A stretch of 64,000 nucleotides of DNA from Monocercomonoides exilis PA203. Taxonomy: Eukaryota > Protista > Preaxostyla. Location: NCBI GenBank assembly GCA_001643675.2, contig LSRY02000002.1, positions 186,001 through 250,000 on the forward strand. Direction: 5' to 3'. The position numbers and the translations under genes are program-made. The notes under the pieces were generated by a model. The model ran no database searches and was not told the DNA's origin. It saw only the letters and a list, made by a program, of their open reading frames with translations. Of the stretch, positions 46,070 through 56,900 are shown in pieces (the first letter of the stretch is position 1; every line of letters begins with the position of its first letter).

Positions 46070-49050
46070 CAGCTTTCATCCTTTGTCACTTTCTCCGTTG
46101 ACAAATTAAATTACGTATTCATTCATCGATTTTTTTCACAAAGCCTCTCAATATACTTTTTTTCTGCTTTCTTCTTCACTTTCCTCCATTGCGGGTCTTG
46201 TGATTTCTCCGTAGTCAACATTCGAATTCCTTCAGACTTTCTTTGCATTATCGTTCACAATCTCTCTCAAATCTTCCGCCTTATTTGAAACCTTCTTCCA
46301 ACAAGCATTAAACATTATTAATCCAATCAAATGAATCAAATGAATTATTGTTGTTATAACAATTGCAGTCGGTATTTGAGACGATATTCTTTCTCTTCTT
46401 CCTTCAACAATTCTTTCATCGATTTTTATTCAACTTCGCTGCTGTTCTTCAAAAAAAATTGTTCTGTCGATGCACTGTATATGAGCTTTTAAACATGACG
46501 CTTGCAGCCACTTCAGTATTGTTGGACACCGAAGTCGCGATTGAGGCAAGATTATTGAATGGATTACAGTTTCATTTTCTGAATGTTAAACTTTCAGCGG
46601 ATATTTCTAAGTTTGTGGAGGGATTCATTGACAAAATCAATCTGGAGGAGCTGGTGCCAGGGAATGAACGAAGAACCAATGAGTTCCAGGGAAATGGCAT
46701 TGTCTTCTTAACAAGATATCACTGGATTCAGCTTGTTGAATGAGAAACGGGATGCTCTTTCTGAAGCTATTTTAACAATGTTCTCTAACTGGTGGAAATA
46801 CACATCGAGGTGTTCGGAAGAAAGCCATCCCCGACTTTCGGGCTTTGATTAATCAATAGCACATGGTCTGAACAGATGATATTGAACCCCATGGACGGAT
46901 AGCCTATTGCATTCGGACTGTTGTTGGCAAATAATCAAAATTGCACGGAGATGCTTCCACCGGACACAGACAGTCCTTCTTTCGATGAGTTGGGAACAGT
47001 CGTATCTATTATCCTTCCTGAACAATTCTGAAGATCAACCATCGATCCACTCCACTGGCACAGCTCTTTTGATCGCTTATCATTCGCTCTCAACTCCGGT
47101 GCGCTGGTTGCTCCATCAAACACACTCGAAGACGTGCAAGCATCCACCAAATCTGCCAACGCTGCAATGCTCCCTTTTTCAGATGGCGAAGCACACTTTT
47201 TGTTCGTGCAGTTCTCCAATTCCATCAACACAGGCGAAGATGAAACAGCCAAGCGGATCGGGCTAAGCGAATCTAGGGTTATGTTTATAAATGATAACTG
47301 CTTCAGATTGAATGTGGAAGGATTTGAAGCCATGCTTACTGCACACACATCCCCAATCATTGTGTTTGAAATAGACAAGAAATTCATTTCGACATTTACA
47401 TCTCCGCATTCAACAGAAACCAATGACTCTCTTGAAACGCAAGTATCATCTAAATCCAAATGAATTCCTTGGATGTTAGAATGATCTCCGAACCGTCTGA
47501 GGAAAACGCAATCAAGCTTGTTTAGCTCTCTGCATTTCTGATTTGAACCTTCTTAAGCTGAGAGTCTTTGCAGCTCCGAAGGATGAAAGCTGATCGATCA
47601 AACATGCAGCTGGAAACAAGCACTTGCTGCATAGAAAGGTTCACCAGATTGCGGAAGTCCAATAACACATCAGAATTCACATCAGAAATGTTCAAGTTCA
47701 TATATGATCAAAATTGTACACCTCTTGCTGCCACACACAAAGAACTTAGACGTCAGAAAGTCAAAGTGCACCAGTTAATCGACAGTCTGCCATTCTCAAC
47801 GAGAATGATGAAGCAATTCAATTTGTATTCGGTGTTTCCTCTCAAAGGTTCTTGAGAAAATATTGTATAAATAATCGACAAGCTGCCATCAGTCAGTGAT
47901 AATAAACTGGAGCGCAGAGAAGAAAAAACTCTTCCAAACAAATATGAAAGTGATTTCGTTCACACTCAGCAAGCACGAATCGAGAATGCTTGCCTTGCTT
48001 CTGATGCTGCTATTCAGCACAATATTCCCCCTGACGCCTTCCGCATCCAACGACTTGATTGAGACATCGCAAGCGCTTGCTTCTTTTGACACTACAGCAC
48101 TTTTGTCAATCAGCAAATTGCTGAAAACTGAAGGAATGATGTGGAGCAGCGCAACATTCAACGAAATGCATGGTTCGCTCATTGCACCACACTGGCGCGT
48201 GTCAGAGGCATTGTCGACTGAAGAAGATGCAAATATTGTCTCACTTTGACATTCAATCACGATGAGCAAGAGATCTTGCTCGTCATTATAATTCTGAGCT
48301 GTGCATCCCCACATTGCAAACTCCCGAACAAATGGAGGCATGAAGTCGAGTTGAAAGAGCTCCGTCCCGATCTGAATTACAACATTCTCGCATTTCACAT
48401 ACATGTTTCTTCCCACAAATGCTTTGTTCTCTATGAACGTGGTGTTTTTCAACAGGAAAGGAAGCGGGCCATCACTTGTGATCAAAGAGCAATCCAGGAA
48501 TATTGAGCCTCCTCATCCAGTTACAGAGCAGAAACATCCAGAGATAGTTGAAAAACTACTCTCATAATAGCTTCCTTCGCTGAGACTCATAATTATTCCT
48601 CCGCCGCTCTGCCTTTAACTGATTCCGCTGTTCTTGATAGACGTGTTTTGCACAGACATTCTGCAAGACTCACTACCAACGCAGCTGATAAGGAAGGTTC
48701 AGAAGGAATATTTAGGAGAAGTGAGCGAAGGAACAGCATTTGAGTTATGCTGTTGAACTATCGCATTCATATAATCCCTGTGACTCGTCTTGCAATTCAG
48801 CCTGCGCAAATACTTCCACAATGCTTTTGCGCATCGGTTCAATATTGCTCATCGAGATATTCGTCAAGTTAACGCTGCTGCCTACTGATTCCATCAGAAT
48901 GTGACTTTTGCAAGACGGATTGGAACGAGCAGAATAATATTTCACAGTTTCAGGCAGGAGACAACGCAACAAGGAATGTCTGCTCGAGAAGCGCAGACAA
49001 ACAGCAAGAGAAAGACGATTGAATTTCGTTCATTATTCAATGAAATAATG
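46070..49050 (-). pseudogene. Frameshifted pseudogene of the beta-helix surface-protein family
   Basis: Fragments in several frames: ENKAFVGRNMYVKC, RQCGAMSEPCISL, ELCQWSGSMVDL...GLSVSGG and GYPSMGFNIICS. All are collinear with the membrane-proximal parts of the intact paralogs. Confidence 0.8.
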
Positions 49051-49559
49051 AAGACATGTTTACTTGTTTTTCTTGTCTTTTTGAAAAAAAATAACATCAA
49101 TTTCAGATATTATCCAACAATTTTTTTCGACTATAAATGTTATTTGCCCAAGCAGAACAGAAAGAAAGTTGTTTGCACGTATATTGACACAATCCAATTC
49201 ATTATTCAACATAATTTCAATTTTCATTATTTGCGAAAATAAATAAATGCTAAACATTTCATAATTCATGAAATTCTTCTTTTTGCCATTTTAAAAAATG
49301 TTAAAACATGTTGTTTGCATACTTAGAAGTTAAATAATCAACGAATATAATGCTTATGTGTTTTTAATCACATATTGGGAAAAAGAATATTAACAGTTTT
49401 TCTGGTTTTTTGTTCATTTCGATCATTAAAAAAATTTGATGAAAACAACAAAAATCATTTCCAAAACTGCATCTTTAATAAACAAATAATATTTGTGTGT
49501 TTTCACAATCATTTTTATTCATTTTAAATATTTGTTTTTTATCATAATTTTCGAAATTC

Positions 49560-49674
49560 AATTGAACTCGGTCTATCTTAAATGAACTCAGTTCATTCTA
49601 ATAAACATGATCTATTCGAATAAACATGAATTCATCAGAACAAACCTGGTTTATTTTAATAAAAAAACCTATTC
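49560..49674. repeat. Second array of the 19-20-bp palindromic unit seen at 31702
   Basis: Units: aaatgaactcagttcattc / taataaacatgatctattc / gaataaacatgaattcatca / gaacaaacctggtttattt / taataaaaaaacctattc. Confidence 0.6.
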
Positions 49675-49715
49675 ACAATTCATCTATTAAAAAAAAATTT
49701 TTTTTTATTATTTTA

Positions 49716-49762
49716 ATTTTATTTTATTTTATTTTATTTTATTTTATTTTATTTTATTTTTT
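49716..49762. repeat. (TTTTA)n microsatellite
   Basis: Directly visible pentanucleotide run. Confidence 0.9.
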
Positions 49763-50933
49763 ATTTGTGTGGCATCATCAGACAAAAGAATTCTAATTCT
49801 TAAAAAAAATATTTATTTGCATTATTTCTGAAAATAACAACAAAAAGCAACAGATTGTTCATTTGACAAATGTTTTGCAACAAAGTCATATTTTTTTAGT
49901 TGTGTGTTTTTTGGAAATCACAAGAACTGACATTTCTACTAAAACAACATTTTGATAAAAAGAAATCAATGAATCAGAAAAAAGTTCCATAAATGTTCAT
50001 TGATGTGATAATCAGGAATGCACAAGTTTGAAGTGTTCTCTTTCTTTTTGTTGAACCATTTTTGTCAGTTTATGACGATGATGATTGTTTAACATGGCTC
50101 AAATGAACAGCTATTTTTTTTTTTTTCTCTTTTGAAGAAGAGATGAAAACAATCAGCGATCATCTGTCTCGCTAACACATCCTTTGCTTCATCATCCTTT
50201 TGCCTCAAAAACTGATTGAAAAAATCAGAATCAAGCTCTTGAGTTGAGTGTTTGCTTTTAATAAAAAGCGATTTAAAAATTCGTGATGCAACATGAGTGT
50301 CTAAAAATACTTCAAACATATCATTGCGCCATGCAGTCCAATGATATAGTTAAAAAGAAAAGCAAGCAAATAAGTTGTGATGATGTGACAGAAATATTCA
50401 AAAAAGAAAAGAAAAAAGTTGAGAATGTCAAAAAAGTCAAAGTCAAGAAGAAATTTGAACAACAACATTACAGCTGGAAAAAACTTTTTCTGAAAATAAA
50501 CATATCGGGTGAAATGCTTCCTTATATTCTTCCGGTTGGAAAAAGATGCAAACACAGCAACTATGGGAAAAACAATAAAAATCGAAAAAAATAATTGAAT
50601 CGAAAAATGAATATAAAAGATTTTGTGAAAGATTGAGGCACAACAGCAACGGCAACAATAGACAACTTATCAGAATGAAAAAGTTATTTCAATTCTTCTC
50701 TTTCAGAAGATGCAGCAAAAAGTTTGATTGAGAGGGTCTTTCATTTTTACAAATGAACTGATTTTCAGGGAGCAAAACAGTTCCATCATTGATTCCACCA
50801 GTCGGCACATGTACATTAAAAGTTCTTTCATATTATTAATTTTTCTGATTTCTGTGCTTCATTCTCCCCTCCCTCTCATCCTCCTTTTTCTGAAACAAGT
50901 ACAACCATATTTTCTTCCCTGCTCAACAACCTT

Positions 50934-53900
50934 CTATCCTGCATCGAGCAATCTCATTCCAGCAACATCCTCAACAAATTCAAACTTTTCTTTCCTTTTC
51001 TGATTTCTCTTTTTCTTTTTCTTCCTTTTCTTTTGCTTCTCTTCCCCTATTTCTTCTCTTTCTCTCTCTTCCACCACTTCCTTTTCTTCTTCCATAATCC
51101 CCTTCATCCCTTGCTCTTCTGAATCCTCTTCAATCATCGAAAAATGGCTGTTTGGTCCTGAACATATCTCAATATAATATTCTGTCGGTTTTCCATTTCT
51201 TCCGTCATCCGCAGCAACCCTACTCAACTTTTCCAATCCAATTTCGGATCCCCTCGTCTCATCCTCAATTTCATCAGCCTCTTCCACTTGCTTTTGTTTC
51301 TTCCCCTTCCTTCTCTTCCCCTTTTTCGCTTTTCCATCTCTTTTTTGCATATTCTGATCTTTTTTTCCACCCGCACAAGCAGTACTCTCCATGCTTCCTT
51401 TCTCTCCACAGCTTTGAAGCGAAGCAATTGTTTGTATTTCAACATAATTCACTGGCACAACCGCTATAATTTCTTCACGATCAAATCCACTTCCCACCAT
51501 TTCTTTGTTCTTACACACATCCGACTCCTCGCCCTTCTCTGTTGGCACTCCCATCTCATTCACAGCTTCTCCGACAAATAATGTTCGCATCTCTTCTTCC
51601 TCCTCCTCAACTCTTTCTGCAACATCTTCTTTTCTCCATTCCCCTCTCCCAACATTCTTTGATTCTTCAATATCTCCATCTTCAACTCTCCTTCCACCTC
51701 CATTCTGCTTCTTTCTCAGTTGAACGACTACCACGACAAACAAAGCAACAAAAATTAAAAGAACAATGATGCACCCAATAAAGGCTATCAAACTCCATTC
51801 AATTTTTTCCTCTCCTTTTGACATTATTACATCCCCCTTTGGTTCAGTCTCAGTTTTGTTCTTCAGAACGAATGAATTTGTTGAAGAAGGTAATTCTGCA
51901 TTCCCAAACAAAATTGAAACACTCACTTCGATTTCATTTCCACAACTGCTGATGAGATCTTTTGCCACACTTCCTTCTGCTTCCTTTTCTGACAAAAATC
52001 CATTTGAATCAAAATCATGTTTTTCAATCTCTTTCTCTTCTCCCTTCCTCTTCACAACTGAGAATGACAGATTGCATGGAATAAAAAGCAATCCTATGAA
52101 TGTCAGCTTCATTCTATCTGTCTCTTCTTTTTCTTCCACACTCTCCAACACAGGAATGAAGAATGATGAATCCCTTTCAGAAATAATACCTTCAAAAATG
52201 CATCCCTCATTCAACATCCAAAGAGATGTGTTAGGTAAAACTCCATCTCCTCCTTTCAAACGAATCACTTTCAATGTTCCAGAATCTGAACAAATGATGT
52301 TTCTTCTCAATGATGGATATCCTTCAATAAATGGATTATTGTTCTCAAATCTTCCATCATTAACGATCATTTCCCCTCCACTCATTGTTATTCCCCCTTC
52401 AGCTGAATTCGATATTGTGGAATCTTTCATCAAAACAGAACTCTTCACAATATCCACTAAAGATCCATCCCATCTGCACATCTCCTCTTCTGCATTCAAA
52501 TATTGCTCATTTCTTTCCTTTGCACTCCCATCGAAAATGCAACTGTCCATTTTCACATCCAAGCAATCCTCTAATTTCATCAATTTTCCTTTTGTGGTCT
52601 TTGAACTGATTCCATCCATTGTGCAATTTGTCAACTGCATTGTCTTTTTCATTGTCAAGCAAGATATCAGTGATTCTTCATTTCCTTCAACTGTGATGTT
52701 TTCTGAATGAAACTTTTCCATGTTTAATTGTCCGCATTCGTTAATATTTATCAGAGAAGTTTTAATTGTTGAATTGCAAATTGTGAATGAATCAATCACT
52801 GATGGAAGAGAAGGCGAAAGATACAATGCAGATTCATGAAGAATGAGATTTGACATTGTGCATCCATCAAGTTGTAATTCTCCTTTTTCCATGTTAATGA
52901 TGTGAAATGGAATTATTGCTAATTTTATATTTCCTTCTTCATTTGATTGTTTTGAAACGAATGAGCAATTCAACAACTCAAGAATTCCTTCTTCTGGTGA
53001 TATCAATGATTCATGTTGAAAAATGAAATTCGAATCAAACACAAAATTCACTCTCAATAATGAGACTGTTCCAGTTGTTTTCAACAATGCCCCTCTTGTT
53101 CTTTCAATCCCCGATTCCACTTCAACTTTGCACATCTCTCTGCTCTTCGAGCTCAGACTCATCTCCTCCAGATTGATCTCTTCCCCAATCACACTCTCAT
53201 CAACAATGAACATTAGACTTATGAAATCTGAAGTCAGATGCGTCAGTCCATAATCAATCGAATAACAAGAAAACGCATCGCTCCCACATCCCAATGTGTC
53301 ATACCCCTCCCTCGACACACACACCTCCATTCCCTTCATTTCAACAAGAAACAGCCCAAGATCAACACTCTCCTCAAAATGATCTCTGTCAATCCCTTTC
53401 ATATCAACTGCCATCCATTCTCCTTCTCCATTTTCATATTTATATTCAAATCCAAACCTCTCCTTCTTCACTGTTTCATTCAGTTTCTTGCAAGAAATGA
53501 ACAAATCCCTTCCCTCAGCTGCAACATTCTCTTTGAATGTCAATGTTGTCAACGCAAAGTTATTCACACAATTGTCACTCAAATCCAGATATATTCCTCC
53601 TCCTCTTCCTCCATTTCCATTCGCCGAGCATCTCAATATGGATGATGATCCCATTTCAAGCAAATCATTCAGCTTCATCTCACTCTTCAAACACCCTCCA
53701 CTCACACTTTCTGTCTCAATATCCTCAAATCTGCTTTCTCCATCAACTCTCAAACTCGATCCTCCATTCGATGTTATCAGCGATCCTGCTCCAACAACAC
53801 ACCCCAATGCTGTCATGTTCCTCAATGTGATTTCCGATCCACAATTCCCCACTATCACTCCTCCTCCACTGGTTTCGACCCCATCCAATGAACAGTTCTC

Positions 53901-56900
53901 AAATATCATATTCCCTCCTCCAAATCTTGCAATTCCACATCCTTCAAATGTTATCCCATTCATTTCTGTTCTCTCTATTCGAATGACCCCTCCATTCCCA
54001 ATCACTATCCACTTCCCACACTCATTCCCATTCGTATTTGTATTCCCTTCTCCTCCTGAAAGCAAACAATCCAAAATGAAGCATTCCCCAATCCTCACTT
54101 CCACAATCGATTCATCACCACTTGCACTTGCAGAGGAGGAGCATGGAAGCGAAATCTGAAGAAGTGACAAAGTCAAATGTGTTTGCCCATCTCCTTCTAT
54201 CAATTCAAATTTCCCTCCCTCTTCAACAACCAGTTTTTTTGTAACTTCATTCCCTTTGATTGTCAGTCCTTTCCCACCTCTGTTGATAGTCTTGCTCACT
54301 GAAGCAGCACCAACAAGCATAATCCTCTCTATCTCATCGTTCAACCGATCAAACCCAATATCAACAGACGAGCAAGGATTTTCTTTCGCTCCACAACTTG
54401 ACAATCCGTTTCCAGTATTGCTTACAAACAAATCCGTTCCCAATCTTGGAAACAGATAATTGATCAGTGAGTCTTCTTTTCTTTGTTCAGATGACTCAAG
54501 CACCCACATCTTATTTTCTGCTGTGACTCTTGTGGCTGTCCCTTCCCACAACGCTGGAAGAAGCATCGTCCATGGTGATCCACACACCAAATACACATCT
54601 TCTCCTTTTTCTGCCACATTGTTCGCAAAATCATCATTCTTCACAGAGTATTCAATATTCGTTGTTTCAAATGTCAGATGCAACCCTCCTCCTTTTCCGC
54701 TTCTCTCTGCAACTGTGCATCCATTGATCTTGTTATCATCAAACAACAAATTCCCTCCATCTCCCACAATCATAACAATCCCTCCCCCAATTGCGCTCAT
54801 TGACTCGCATCTGCATCCTTCAAACACACATTTGTTAATATCCACACACTTCCCACTCCCCACTCTCCCATTCAACACCCCTCCATTCCCATTATCTCTC
54901 TGAATCGATTTGAACGAACAGTTGTTGATTTCACAATCAATTCCTTCTCCAATCTCAATCTCATTTCCATTCTCAAAACTCGATCCATTCATCGTCGTGT
55001 TCTTAATTTCAACATCTCCTCCATTTCTCAGCTCAAATAAGCTTCTTCCCACATTTTCTCTTGTCACATTCCTCACAATCACTTCATCAATCAATCCTCC
55101 AACCCCTGCTCCATCAAAAGTCACCATCCCTGTTTCAGTCATTCGGATATTTTCTAATTCACATTTCACCAGTTCCACTTTCCCTCCTTTCCCACAAATC
55201 AATCCCACTCCAATCTCTTCTGATTCTGCTCCAAATGAACATCCTTCAAATCTCAATGTGCTTGAACTGCACAGAAATACATACTCCTTTCTTGATTCGG
55301 CAAATGTTGATACCGAAAATTCCAATGATGAAAATGATATTGCTTGTTCGCTTTTTATCAAAAATACGTTTTCTCCTCCTTCGCTTATTCCAATCTTTGC
55401 CTTTGAAATATCTCCATCAATGTTCATTTCTTGAGTGTTGAGTGTCATTTCATCAGAAATAGAACTTCCATCAACAAGTTTCAGTGTTGCTGTTGATGTG
55501 TCAAAAACACTTGTTCCCGCATATATCAATGTGGAGCATGCAAAGTCAAAATATCCGCACTTATGATAGTCCATCCCTCCATTTCCCCCATTCACATATC
55601 CAACACTTGGTTTCTCTCGAAAGAACACCACAACTGGAATCAACTTCAACTCATTCCCATTTTCTGCTCCCATAAGATCTTTTATGTCAAATCCATCACC
55701 TTCAATCTCAAATGAGAAGTCGAATGAAGCGCTATTCACCAACTGTGGCAAATTTGTTCCTTCAATAAACACATTGTTTCCTCCATATGTGGCTGTGTTT
55801 GCTTTTTTACCTCTTCCAAATGTCAATCCATTCATCACAAAGTCGCTTCCTCCTTCTTCGCATCTCAACAAAATTCCTCCTCCACATCCACTGCTCTTGC
55901 ACTGATTAAATCCTGTTGTCCCTCCGCTGTGCGATGTTGAATCTCCAATTCGAGCTTTGCTTGATATTCCTTCCAACTCAATCTTCATCCCTCCGCCATT
56001 TCCACTTTTGCACTCACATCCTTCCATTGTTGTGTTCCACACCACAAATATCTCTCCTTCCTTCACACTTTTTGCAACAACAACCCCGTCTCTCTCAGTC
56101 CGATTCACATTTCGAATTGTCAAATTTCCCAGAAGACTTTCTTCAAATGCTGATCCTGTCGATGATGGTTCAGTAAATAAAGGCTGAGATGTTTTCATAT
56201 TTTTAATCTCAACATTAACCATTTTCAGCTGTCTCAGAGCCACTTCAAATACAGATGCTGATATTCCACTCCCTCCTGATGTGGAAGAGTTGATTACCAC
56301 ATCCTCCAGCGAAAGTGAACCGCTCCCCACAGACGCCACAAACACACTCGGCGATGGGCTTCTTGTTGCGTTGTGATCGATCCCCACATGCCTCACCTCC
56401 AGTTGACCAGTCGATATGCTAAACAGTGTTGTCGAAGTCGAAGAAAGAGAATTCATTCCAATCACACTCATCGTCTTTCCTTTCCCTGTTATTATTATCT
56501 TCTTTTCTCCAACACTGATTGTTGTCCCTTCACTCCCATGCCTCCCGCTCTGTACAACGATCAAAGTGATCAGCTTCCCCATGCTCGACCCCACCGCATG
56601 CCCCACTGTCTTGCACGGAGCAGACTCGCTCATCCCACACAGATTGCTCGAGTCATTTCCATACACCCCAACATAAATCGTTTTGTTCTTAAGCCAATCC
56701 TTCTTTTGTGTGTGTTTAATATTATCACCATGATAGCACACTCTTTCTTCATTACTATTTGTTGTACAGGAATCATAGAACGGGTTATAAGATGAAAAGA
56801 GATTGTAATAATCTTCAAAATACACATCATGGCCATATGGAGTGGAAGTGGCAGTGCATCTGCAATCGTGAAAGAAGAAAAAATAACAATAATGATTGAA

